From NCBI GenBank assembly GCA_965216785.1, contig OZ244197.1, forward strand, positions 2,848,001 to 2,912,000: a stretch of 64,000 nucleotides of DNA, given 5' to 3'. The position numbers were made by a program, and so were the translations under genes. Below, piece by piece: positions 40,541 to 49,430 of this stretch. Source of the stretch: Thermodesulfobacteriota bacterium. GTDB lineage: Bacteria > Desulfobacterota_D > UBA1144 > Nemesobacterales > UBA2774. Under the pieces are notes generated by a model that saw nothing but the letters and a program-made list of their open reading frames with translations, did no database searches and was not told where the DNA came from. Numbering within the stretch: the stretch's first letter is position 1; the number at the start of each line of letters is the position of its first letter.

Positions 40541-40665
40541 CTCCTTTCCAAGCACGGGAGGCCAGGCGTTTTCACTGCTCTGACCCCGGCAAATATATTT
40601 CTATATTTGCGGCTTAGCCCCCATATTCAAAGAGCTGAACTTAGAGAGCTAAGCTCGGAACTTCT
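40541..40665 (-). ncRNA. Moco RNA motif (molybdenum cofactor riboswitch)
   Basis: Minus strand TCCGAGC...CTAAG...TATGG...GCCG, hairpin GCAAATATA-GAAA-TATATTTGC, GGGT...GAAA...GCCTCCCGTGCTTGGAAAGGAG; 3' end overlaps the moeA RBS. Confidence 0.88.
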
Positions 40666-40700
40666 GGTTTATAGTTTAAGTTACTTTGTTCTCTTCTCCT

Positions 40701-41264
40701 TCATAACGGTTCCACTGTTATTGCTTTCCCTGTTTGGCTTACACAAATGTAGGCGCACTTTCCGCACCCTATGCATTTATCTCCGTCTATTACCGGATAC
40801 TTATCGTCGTGCATGGATATTGCCGACACACCGGGTGGACACGTGTTGAAACAGTAATCACAGTACTGTCCCTGCTTTACCAAACAGTGTTTTAAATCGA
40901 CGTGCGCGGCGCCGATTCTAAGCTCTTTATCGTCATTTTCTCTAAGTGCTAATGGCTCACAGGACTTTATGCAAGGCATGTCCTCACAGAACCTGCAGGG
41001 GGCATAGTACGGGTCTATAAATGGGGTTCCGGCGTTAACACCACCTGTGAGCAGATCAACCAAGTGCACCGCATCGTGCGGGCAGGCTTTCCTGCAGTCC
41101 CCGCAGCGCGTGCACGTAATGAGGAACTGCTCCTCACGGAGCGCCCCCGGAGGTCTTATCGCCGGGCGTTTAAACTTGTGCTTTAGCCCCTTATCTATAA
41201 GCTTGGTGCTTTCTTTAAAACCGAACTTTAAAAATCCTCTCCTGCTCAGCTGCTCAGATTGCAT
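40701..41264 (-). CDS. NapG/MauM/NapF-like polyferredoxin, probably cytoplasmic
   Basis: SRRGFLK with no hydrophobic h-region; RPPGA; four Cys clusters, e.g. CTRCGDCRKAC and CIGCGKCAYIC. Confidence 0.85.
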   Translation of the reverse strand: MQSEQLSRRGFLKFGFKESTKLIDKGLKHKFKRPAIRPPGALREEQFLITCTRCGDCRKACPHDAVHLVDLLTGGVNAGTPFIDPYYAPCRFCEDMPCIKSCEPLALRENDDKELRIGAAHVDLKHCLVKQGQYCDYCFNTCPPGVSAISMHDDKYPVIDGDKCIGCGKCAYICVSQTGKAITVEPL

Positions 41265-41267
41265 ATA

Positions 41268-42989
41268 CTAGTAGCTCCCCCTCATCGCCATAGGCTGGAA
41301 TACAAACCATATCCCTAAAATCCCGATCGCGAGTAAAAGCGCATAATGGGCATAATAAAGACTCCTGCCCTTTGCAGCTTCAGATCCGAACAATTTATCG
41401 GAAATGCTAAAAGACCTTATCTTTAAAATTTTTGCCGAATAGTAAAATCCCAAACAGATGGCAATTAACTGCAGAGCCATCATTGTACCGTGCCCGGCAA
41501 GCGGCCCAGGGGTGTAGCCCTTGAGACCCAGCAGGTTCCATCCCCAACCAAACGGATCGTTAAAAAGCGGGAACAGATATGTGACCTCATCCAGTATATG
41601 CATGAGGTTATGACCTATGTGATAACCCAGCACAACCGGCACCAGGGCATAAATCATCATCATGGAAATACCCTTTTTGCCAAACCTGTGCCCGATGAGC
41701 TTTTCAAATAGGTAGAAAACCGCAAACGAGCCGGCGAGTATTGTAGTGAGCAGTATGGAAAAAACGGACAGATAAGAGAGATCGAGCGCCCTGCCTATTC
41801 CCTCCGTCCATTCCACCCAGATGTTAGTCATAGTAAGCCCATGGAAAAAAGTAAGCACCAGTATAACGTAAATAAGAATCGATTCATCCATCCGGTACGT
41901 CGATGTGTTTTGTAAGTCGTATGCAGGAGGACGAAGCTTCAGGGTCAGATTGTCTTTATCGCAAGAGCGGACGCATTCGGTGCAAAGGGTGCAGTAAGTA
42001 TTCTGGCTTAGTTTGAACGGAACTTCAAGCGTGGGGCATGGAGTGGAATAAGTGCCCCCTCTAACACAGTCTATGGTTTTACAGTCTTTACATACCTGCG
42101 CGTCTTTTTGCCTAAGCTCCAAGGGTGAGAATTGAGCGTAAATACCGCTGATACGGCCTATTGGGCATGCGTAGCGGCAAAAAGAGCGTTTTTCAAATAT
42201 CAGTGCCGACAGTACCGCAATAACCACGACAGAAAGCCCGAGCCAGGCGGTCAGATATGAGTTCTGTGTAAGCTCCACACCAAGCTCAAGCCAGGTGAAT
42301 ATGATGAAAAACACAACTGCCAGATATGTATTTCTAAGGAGCTTTGGCCATTTAAGGTTTAGAGTCTGCACTTTTCCCTTAACCCTGTAGAACCAGCCGA
42401 ACTGAAATAGGTTAGAGAAAAAATCCCACGGGCACGCTGCGCAGAATATCTTTCCCCCGAACGCGACGAAAAATATAAGCAGTGTCCACCAAAATAGCCA
42501 CGTAAACGGAGCGGCCAGGTTTGCCCTTGTGCGGCCGAAGAACCCCGTAGCAAGCACAAGGATAAAAAGTAAGGCAGGTATGAGACGGAGTGAGAATGAA
42601 AAATACGGTGACTTAACCGCCTTCTCCAGAAGCGGGAGCCTGAACAAATCGAACCTTTTCTCTGAAACGGGCTTTACGGCTTTTGCGGCAACCCATACGC
42701 CCACAACAACAAAGAACAGGATCGAAAGCCAAGCGCCGGCGGCGCCCCCGTACATTCCGTGGTGGGCTCCGTGGTCCATGTTCATACCGTGCGCAGGCAT
42801 CTGAACCTCGGTATGGGCTGAGCTTTGCATATCGTGGCCCATTTCCCCGTGCCCTTCGTGAGTATCCATATTCATTTCGTGCCCAGAGCCCTGATCCACA
42901 CCCATACTATGATCACTTTCGGGCATCTCATGCTGGATACTTTTATGATCGTCGTGATTCATGTTTTTATCTTGCATCTCATCTGGCAT
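41268..42989 (-). CDS. NapH/FixG-like membrane polyferredoxin with His/Met-rich N-terminus
   Basis: GKIFCAACPW, FCRYACPIG, CKDC..C..C and CTLCTECVRSC; many TM helices; ~80-aa His/Met-rich leader. Confidence 0.85.
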   Translation of the reverse strand: MPDEMQDKNMNHDDHKSIQHEMPESDHSMGVDQGSGHEMNMDTHEGHGEMGHDMQSSAHTEVQMPAHGMNMDHGAHHGMYGGAAGAWLSILFFVVVGVWVAAKAVKPVSEKRFDLFRLPLLEKAVKSPYFSFSLRLIPALLFILVLATGFFGRTRANLAAPFTWLFWWTLLIFFVAFGGKIFCAACPWDFFSNLFQFGWFYRVKGKVQTLNLKWPKLLRNTYLAVVFFIIFTWLELGVELTQNSYLTAWLGLSVVVIAVLSALIFEKRSFCRYACPIGRISGIYAQFSPLELRQKDAQVCKDCKTIDCVRGGTYSTPCPTLEVPFKLSQNTYCTLCTECVRSCDKDNLTLKLRPPAYDLQNTSTYRMDESILIYVILVLTFFHGLTMTNIWVEWTEGIGRALDLSYLSVFSILLTTILAGSFAVFYLFEKLIGHRFGKKGISMMMIYALVPVVLGYHIGHNLMHILDEVTYLFPLFNDPFGWGWNLLGLKGYTPGPLAGHGTMMALQLIAICLGFYYSAKILKIRSFSISDKLFGSEAAKGRSLYYAHYALLLAIGILGIWFVFQPMAMRGSY

Positions 42990-42991
42990 GA

Positions 42992-43597
42992 CTAAGCACC
43001 TGCCGTACCCACCTGTTTCCCCGGGGCCTGCTCTTTATTCTTTTGCAGCCTTGAAGTAACGATCTTTAGCATAATTACGACTGCGAAAAACAGGGCGATA
43101 AAGATATATAGCGAGTATTTCTGGAAAAATGTTTGAGTGATCTGAAACGGCATCTCGAGCCTTACGGGAGCACCGTTCTTGTCGGCAAACTCAACATTCA
43201 ACACCAAATCGTCCTGCTCCTTAATTTGCTCCTGTATTACGTAAATGCTTTCCTGCTCGGGTGGGATAAACCCTGTTTTATATACTGTTTTGCCGTGGGA
43301 CAGCACCTCGAAGCTAGCCTCATTTTGAAACACTTTATCTGCCTCGATGTCGTAGATAAATATGTATAGTCTCACATCATCCGAGGATTCGACCTGCTCC
43401 AGATTAAGCCCCTGGAAGTTGTAAACCGTAACGAAGAGCTCATACTCAGGCGTCTCTTTTATAAATTCCAGATAAGGAACCTGGGGATAGTTCTCAAAAT
43501 ACCCGTAATGGGGAAGCCCCTTATAGTGATGGGCTCCCGCACTGATTGCGGGGAGAATGAATATTGCGATTAAAACCATAAATTTAAGCAGTTTCAT
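42992..43597 (-). CDS. Hypothetical exported protein with C-terminal membrane anchor
   Basis: Signal peptide ending AGA, mature N-terminus HHYKGLPHY, C-terminal TM helix; overlaps the upstream gene. Confidence 0.8.
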   Translation of the reverse strand: MKLLKFMVLIAIFILPAISAGAHHYKGLPHYGYFENYPQVPYLEFIKETPEYELFVTVYNFQGLNLEQVESSDDVRLYIFIYDIEADKVFQNEASFEVLSHGKTVYKTGFIPPEQESIYVIQEQIKEQDDLVLNVEFADKNGAPVRLEMPFQITQTFFQKYSLYIFIALFFAVVIMLKIVTSRLQKNKEQAPGKQVGTAGA

Positions 43598-44582
43598 GTT
43601 GTGCTACTTCCTCTAATTTTTCGTATCCGGGATTTGGCTTTTTATAAAGCGGATTTAAGCCGAGCGCTATGTTTGTCGTAGGGCAGTTATCGACGCATTT
43701 GAGACACAGATGACAGGAGTAGAGATCTCCCTCTTTAGGGAATAGTTCCACCGGGCATACTTTATTGCAAAGAGTGCAGCCGCTCGGGCATTTCGAGGCT
43801 TCGACTCTGAGTTTTACAACACTGAACTTTCCTAGATAGGACAATAAAAACCCGGTCGGACATACGGAGTTGCAAAACTGTCCGGGCACAAGTCCAATGT
43901 CCAGCACTAGTAGCGCGATTATGAAATAAAACCCAACATTGAATGTGGAAAATACAAAATATGAAAACATCTCGTGCGTAAATGAGATATAAGGCAGAAT
44001 GAAGTGCCAGACCCAGGCGCCGAATAGGTAGGAAAGCACCAGCCCTCCCCAAAATACTATCACCCTCGTTTTCCTCTCAAGTCTGACTGACATAAGAGGG
44101 ATACCGACCCTGAGCATTATTGAGCGTATATAACCCGTCACGCCGTACAGCACAGTCATGGGACACAACCATGAACAGAACACCCGTCCGAGCAAAAGCA
44201 CCACAACAAAAGGTATGAGCCCCCCGATCAGGTACTTGAGCGGGAATTTCACAGAGTTTATGAGCTCTGAGATTAACCCAAGCGGGTCTGAGAACGGTAC
44301 GCCCAATATCGTAAAGGCCCAGAGGGAGCCGTTATTGGAAGTTGCCGCCGTCACGGGATCATCCCACATAGAGTAAAACCAATCCAGCGCTGCATAAGTG
44401 CTGCCCATCATAGGACCGTAGCTCAGACCCACTAGATGAGAGTGGTTATAAGAGATTTTGTTGTTAGCGTACCAACTGCTGAGCGGAACAAATATAAAAA
44501 ACAGTAATACGCTTAATAGAATAGCGTATCTTAGATACTGGTATTTAGACCTTTTTATTCTAAGTCTTTTTGATCTTTTCAT
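43584..44582 (-). CDS. napH: NapH/MauN-like membrane ferredoxin
   Basis: SDPLG, GRVFCSWLCP, FCNSVCPTG, CTLCNKVCP and CHLCLKCVDNCP; start taken as ATG 44582. Confidence 0.85.
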   Translation of the reverse strand: MKRSKRLRIKRSKYQYLRYAILLSVLLFFIFVPLSSWYANNKISYNHSHLVGLSYGPMMGSTYAALDWFYSMWDDPVTAATSNNGSLWAFTILGVPFSDPLGLISELINSVKFPLKYLIGGLIPFVVVLLLGRVFCSWLCPMTVLYGVTGYIRSIMLRVGIPLMSVRLERKTRVIVFWGGLVLSYLFGAWVWHFILPYISFTHEMFSYFVFSTFNVGFYFIIALLVLDIGLVPGQFCNSVCPTGFLLSYLGKFSVVKLRVEASKCPSGCTLCNKVCPVELFPKEGDLYSCHLCLKCVDNCPTTNIALGLNPLYKKPNPGYEKLEEVAQHETA

Positions 44583-44587
44583 TCCAG

Positions 44588-45160
44588 CTACACCGGACGA
44601 ACGCGTATGGCCTGCGGCATATGTATACACGCCTGCTCACAAAGTCCGCACCCTACGCACTCATCTTCATTCACAATCGGCTGCTCGTACAAGCCAACGC
44701 TAAGAGCCTTGCCAGGAAGCGGACACGCTCTGTAGCAAACACCGCATGTACGCCCGTGATATGAAAAGCAAAGATCCTTGTCAACATAGGCAATGCCCAT
44801 TTTAACTTCTTTTCTCACGACGTCCATATCACGGGAAATCGTCGTCAAAGCTCCGGTCGGGCAAACTTCCGTACAACGCATACAGAGTGTACATCCCTTA
44901 CTTCTGGGAACTACAATGGGCGTGTGTACGTTTTCAAACCCGTACTCAAAACCAGCCATCTGTATACAGTTGTTAGGACAAGCGGTCGCACACTTAAAAC
45001 ACCCTATGCACTGCTCTTTGAACTCAGCTTCCTTAAGAGCCCCTGGAGGTCTCAGGAATCTTATCTTTGCCCTAATCTTATCCCGCGTGGCTATGTAGAA
45101 AACCGGCGTTAGGAAAAATAATGCTGAGATTAGGGCAAAGAAAAACCTTCTTCTGTTCAT
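44588..45160 (-). CDS. napG: NapG/MauM-like exported polyferredoxin
   Basis: MNRRRFFF twin-Arg plus hydrophobic stretch; LRPPGA; four Fe-S Cys motifs. Confidence 0.88.
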   Translation of the reverse strand: MNRRRFFFALISALFFLTPVFYIATRDKIRAKIRFLRPPGALKEAEFKEQCIGCFKCATACPNNCIQMAGFEYGFENVHTPIVVPRSKGCTLCMRCTEVCPTGALTTISRDMDVVRKEVKMGIAYVDKDLCFSYHGRTCGVCYRACPLPGKALSVGLYEQPIVNEDECVGCGLCEQACIHMPQAIRVRPV

Positions 45161-45162
45161 TT

Positions 45163-45948
45163 TCAGTCTTGTAAACTTCTAAGGTAAGCCACAATGTTGT
45201 TAATGTCGGTCTCGTCAATGTTGGCAAGACCTCTTCCGTGACCAAAAGGCTTCATAGCCGTTCCGGCACGGCCTACCTGAATTGTTTTCTTGATGTAATC
45301 ATCCGACGCTACATCTAGAAAACCGGGGAGACCAATACCCGGACCCGAACCCCCGTCCGCATAACCCCCGCCGTTAATTCCGTGACAGGACGCGCAGAAG
45401 TTACGAAAAGCTTTTTGCCCTTCCTTAGGGTCACCGTCTATAGTAGCCGTCCAATCAACGTGGTAGTCTCTGAATGTAGCATAATCGTTTTGCCAGGATC
45501 TTATATAAACCACGAGATCATCGACGTTATCAGCTACGTTAGGCATTACCTTGTAACCTATCATCGCCGTTCCCGGCCGCCCGTTTAGGATTGTATCCTT
45601 GATATACGTGTCATTGGCAAGCCCTAAGAAGTCCGGGCTGTTGAGCCTCGGCGCTAGCCCTGCCCTTCCTGCCCCGTCGGGCTGGTGGCACGCAACACAG
45701 ATTTGGTTAAAGAGCACTTTCCCTCTTTCTACCTGCTCCTCATCCAACTCGACTGTTTCGGGATGTGGCTCGGGCATGACATCATCACCTGTTGCCTTGG
45801 CGTGCTCATTTTTAGTTTCCTCTTCAGATACCGACTGCTTGGCCGCATTGGCCTTTGCAACAATATCTGTCGATACATCTGTGCCCCCCTGCTCCCCGCA
45901 GCCAATCAACGCCACGATGGCTATTAGTAGAAGTGTAATATTTTTCAT
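45163..45948 (-). CDS. Lipoprotein diheme class I cytochrome c
   Basis: Lipobox LIG-C; CVACH and CASCH; duplicated GR(P/A)GTAM distal-Met motifs. Confidence 0.9.
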   Translation of the reverse strand: MKNITLLLIAIVALIGCGEQGGTDVSTDIVAKANAAKQSVSEEETKNEHAKATGDDVMPEPHPETVELDEEQVERGKVLFNQICVACHQPDGAGRAGLAPRLNSPDFLGLANDTYIKDTILNGRPGTAMIGYKVMPNVADNVDDLVVYIRSWQNDYATFRDYHVDWTATIDGDPKEGQKAFRNFCASCHGINGGGYADGGSGPGIGLPGFLDVASDDYIKKTIQVGRAGTAMKPFGHGRGLANIDETDINNIVAYLRSLQD

Positions 45949-45962
45949 CGTCCATTATCTCC

Positions 45963-48701
45963 TTATGATATCTTTTCAATTCTTGCTGCCAGCTTCTTAA
46001 AGTCGACCTGCCCTGAGACCGGATCATACGCTCTGTGGGATACTCCGTTAACTAGCCATTTATTCTTTTCAGGATCGGCTGAGTCCGCAACGGAGAGGTT
46101 CCACGGGCTAAATACATACCCTTTAGGAACCGTATTCCTGGCCGGCTTAACCACTGAATCAAGCCCTATGGATACTCTGCCCTCGTATTCTCCGCGGCGT
46201 GTAATGAGCTTTACCCACTCACCGTCTTTAACTCCAAGCTCCTTAGCGTCATCAGGGTGCATCTCAACATACTGCTCAGGAACCAACTTTCTCGTTGTAC
46301 CAGAGCGTATGGTTTTCGCGGTGTGGAAGTGTTCGTATACAACACCGAGCCCAAGCCAGAAGGGGTACTTATCATCAGGAACATCGCTCCATTTCTTCCC
46401 GAGGTAATCAAAGTCGGGAAGCTCTGGTGTAAGCGCCATGTCGCGCGCCTTCACTAGAAGCTCTTGATTGTCTATCGCGTAGAAATCTTTCTCTACACCC
46501 AACTTCATCAGCTCATCCGTAATCTCCTTACGCTGTGAGTAATCCTGATCGCAGAAATGCATGTGGAGCTTTCCGTCTTTTTGTCTGAACTCCCCGTACG
46601 GTTTGCCGGGCCAATCGCCTTCTTGCCCCATGTATCTGCGTTTGGTTCCGCCGTTCTTAGCAATCTCGGCTGTGGGTGCAGGCCACTGGATTCCCCTAAG
46701 GTCTCTTATTTGATCATAGAGTCCTTTTCCGGTTTCCTTCTCCACTTCGAGCATTCCGGTAAGATCGGCGTCCGTTCCCTTCGAGGCAATTACAAAGTCG
46801 CGGAACACCTCTTCAGGATCATAGAACCCGTTTTCCTTTCTCTGATACGGGAATATCTTCTCACTATCGAGTCCGAGCTTGTCGGCGATGAGTTTTCCTT
46901 TATCTATTACCATGTCCATGTCGGGACGCGTTCCCTTGATTGGGTTTGCGGTACCGTCACAGACAAAGAGCCTTCTTTCCGACTGAATATATATACCGCC
47001 TACCCATTCTCCCCACGTTGCGGCAGGCAAGATCACGTCTGAATAGAGGTTATTAGGAGCATGGCGGTAGATTTCCTGTGACACGGTGAAACACCTCGTA
47101 AGAGCGGGGCGCACCAGATGGTAGCTGTCCGGAAGGTCAATGTGGGTAGCGTAGATTAAAAACATAGCGTGCACGTCGCCTTTTTGAGCGCGCTCCATCA
47201 TACCGATCGCCATACCCTGGTTGTTCTGTGTCGCCACTTTATCGAGCCTCTCCTGAGGTACTCCCCAGAGATCGGCAATTTTATGACGGTGGGCTTCGTC
47301 GTTGATCCCTATATTAAACGGCAGCCTGCCGGTCAGGCCTCCTGTCAGACGCTCACCCATAGCGTTTGGCTGTCCTGTCTGAGAGTGCGCTCCGCAGCCT
47401 GGTCTTCCTATGTTGCCGGTAAGAGCCATAAGGTTCACAAGTCCGACAGTGTTGTTCTGTCCGTGTATGTGCTGGTTGTAGCCGATACCCCAGAATGTGA
47501 GTACTCCGCCTTTGCCGTTCTTCCTACCTTTTACAGAGGCATCCGCCCACAGAGCGGCTATTTTATATATTTCCTCAGCAGGAACCATGGTCATGGGCTC
47601 TACGTCTTTTGGATTAAATTTAGCCTGTACTTTCTCAATATAGTCTTCCCAACCGGTGACGCTCTTCTTTAAGAATTCGTAGTCAACGGCTTCAGGGTGT
47701 TTCTCCAAGATAGCGTAGGCTATTGCGTTATGTATGGAGATGTCACCGTTTATTGTCTGAAAGTGGAAAGAATTACCAGGGTTGATCTCCTCTAACCCCT
47801 GAACAGAACCCGTTCTTCGGGGGTCTACTATTAAGGTGGGGATGTTATTTATTTTTTTATGGTCCGCCACCCTCCAGAAAAGGATCGGATGAGCTCCCCT
47901 CGGGTTATGGCCCCAGAAGGTGATCATGTCGGCCATTTCTATATCGTCGTAACACGTGGCCGGAGTATCCGAGCCGAATGTTTTGAAGTATCCCGTAACG
48001 GCAGAGGTCATGCACATCCTTGCGTTTGCCTCAATCGTATTTGACCCCAGAACTCCCTTCATGAATATATTCTCAAGATACTGCCCTTCAAGAGTCAACT
48101 GGCCCGATCCGTAAAGCCCTACGGAGTTACCCCCTTTTTCTTTTACTATATTAGCGACCTGCTCAGAGATCAGCTCTTCCGCCTCATCCCATGAAGCTTC
48201 CCGGAAGTCGCTTGCTTTAAAGCTGCCCTTTGTTTTTGATACGTGCCCCTTAAGAGGATCTGACATATCTTTTCTGATTAAAGGTTTCGTGAGACGGTCT
48301 ACGTATATCGCTTCCGCCGACGCGAGCCCCTTGATACACTGAAGGCCCTTATTAGTAGGATGGTCTTTGTCGGGAATGACTCCGACGATTTTACCTTTTT
48401 TAACTTGCAGGATAGTGCCGCAGCCGACTCCACAGTAAGGACACGCGGCCAAAAGATCGTTTTTATATTCAGTATTGGTAAGCTCATACTCCTCGGTCTC
48501 CTGAGAATGAGCTATTTTCCCGTTACCGCCGGTAAAGAGACCTAAGGCTGTCGCAGCAGCCCCGACCCCGGCAGATGTTTTTATAAAATTTCTCCGCCCA
48601 ACATCGGCTAGTTCCGAAGCTTCGGGAGCCTCGGTTCGAAGCTCATGTTTCTTAGCCTCGTCAATAGGTAATTTTACTTCTTTTGATTTGTTTCCCTTCA
48701 T
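45963..48701 (-). CDS. Tat-exported molybdo-bis-PGD oxidoreductase of the nitrate reductase (Nap/Nas) family
   Basis: GRRNFIK Tat motif plus h-region; CPYCGVGC..CIKG [4Fe-4S]; GSGQ; NARMCMTSA (Cys230 Mo ligand); TGQPNAMG; C-terminal MGD-binding domain. Confidence 0.9.
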   Translation of the reverse strand: MKGNKSKEVKLPIDEAKKHELRTEAPEASELADVGRRNFIKTSAGVGAAATALGLFTGGNGKIAHSQETEEYELTNTEYKNDLLAACPYCGVGCGTILQVKKGKIVGVIPDKDHPTNKGLQCIKGLASAEAIYVDRLTKPLIRKDMSDPLKGHVSKTKGSFKASDFREASWDEAEELISEQVANIVKEKGGNSVGLYGSGQLTLEGQYLENIFMKGVLGSNTIEANARMCMTSAVTGYFKTFGSDTPATCYDDIEMADMITFWGHNPRGAHPILFWRVADHKKINNIPTLIVDPRRTGSVQGLEEINPGNSFHFQTINGDISIHNAIAYAILEKHPEAVDYEFLKKSVTGWEDYIEKVQAKFNPKDVEPMTMVPAEEIYKIAALWADASVKGRKNGKGGVLTFWGIGYNQHIHGQNNTVGLVNLMALTGNIGRPGCGAHSQTGQPNAMGERLTGGLTGRLPFNIGINDEAHRHKIADLWGVPQERLDKVATQNNQGMAIGMMERAQKGDVHAMFLIYATHIDLPDSYHLVRPALTRCFTVSQEIYRHAPNNLYSDVILPAATWGEWVGGIYIQSERRLFVCDGTANPIKGTRPDMDMVIDKGKLIADKLGLDSEKIFPYQRKENGFYDPEEVFRDFVIASKGTDADLTGMLEVEKETGKGLYDQIRDLRGIQWPAPTAEIAKNGGTKRRYMGQEGDWPGKPYGEFRQKDGKLHMHFCDQDYSQRKEITDELMKLGVEKDFYAIDNQELLVKARDMALTPELPDFDYLGKKWSDVPDDKYPFWLGLGVVYEHFHTAKTIRSGTTRKLVPEQYVEMHPDDAKELGVKDGEWVKLITRRGEYEGRVSIGLDSVVKPARNTVPKGYVFSPWNLSVADSADPEKNKWLVNGVSHRAYDPVSGQVDFKKLAARIEKIS

Positions 48702-48750
48702 GGCATTCGGCCTCCTTTGATCTACTCATTTCTGTAGAATATTTAAGCAT

Positions 48751-48772
48751 ATATTTGACTTCTGTCAAATAT
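48751..48772. promoter_or_regulatory. FNR/Dnr (Crp-family)-type palindrome
   Basis: Perfect inverted repeat ATATTTGAC-TTCT-GTCAAATAT (core TTGAC-N4-GTCAA) between the divergent reductase and rrf2 genes. Confidence 0.7.
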
Positions 48773-48865
48773 CCTGATATACTTTTAGTGTTTTGTTAAT
48801 ATTAAAGATGACTTACAGATCATCAAGTCTTCTATAGATATTATACCTTAATAAATTCAAATAAA

Positions 48866-49318
48866 ATGTTTAGCAAAAAAGTAGCTTACGCAATAAGGTG
48901 TTTGGTTTATTTATCTAATCAAAACGATCCTGTTTTGATTAGGGAAATTTCCGATGAAACGGGTATGCCGCGTCCGTTTTTAGCTAAGATTGTAAATACT
49001 CTGACCAGGAAAGGTTTTCTCCACTCACAGCGCGGCGTTGGGGGCGGCATATCTCTTTCGAGAAAACCAGAGCTAATAAGCATTTGCGATGTTTGCATCG
49101 CGCTTGATGACCCTTTATTAGATGACCAGTGCATCGTGGGACTGCCCGACTGCTCCGCGGAGAACGCCTGCGCCCTTCACGGCTTTTGGTCGAAACAAAA
49201 ACAGGCGATTATAGAATTTTTGACAATTAACACAATAGCCACGTTAGCAGTCACAAATAAAAAAGCGAAAAAGGATCTTTTAAAAGAGGTAAAACTTCAT
49301 AATGCTATTTCCGAGTAG
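48866..49318 (+). CDS. Rrf2 family Fe-S transcriptional regulator
   Basis: YAIR, FLAKI, SQRGVGGG and C-x6-C-x5-C-x2-H. Confidence 0.93.
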   Translation: MFSKKVAYAIRCLVYLSNQNDPVLIREISDETGMPRPFLAKIVNTLTRKGFLHSQRGVGGGISLSRKPELISICDVCIALDDPLLDDQCIVGLPDCSAENACALHGFWSKQKQAIIEFLTINTIATLAVTNKKAKKDLLKEVKLHNAISE

Positions 49319-49430
49319 CCGCTTTATGTTTTAAAGTGTTTTAAAGTATAATTTAGCACTCCGAAGTTATCTGCCAAGAAGAATGCCGCAACTAAAGACA
49401 CTAAACTTTTATTATCAGAGGAGGGGCGCC

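Noticed and set aside
40607-40849. 80-aa plus-strand ORF
   Set aside because: Antisense to the ferredoxin gene and the Moco riboswitch, which explain the sequence better
45963-48701. Formate dehydrogenase or selenocysteine enzyme
   Set aside because: The ORF is uninterrupted and the ligand motif is C-M (RMCMT), as in nitrate reductases, not C/U-H as in Fdh
45963-48701. Assigning the gene symbol napA
   Set aside because: Catalytic motifs are Nas/NarB-like and the canonical partners are missing; a phylogeny is needed first
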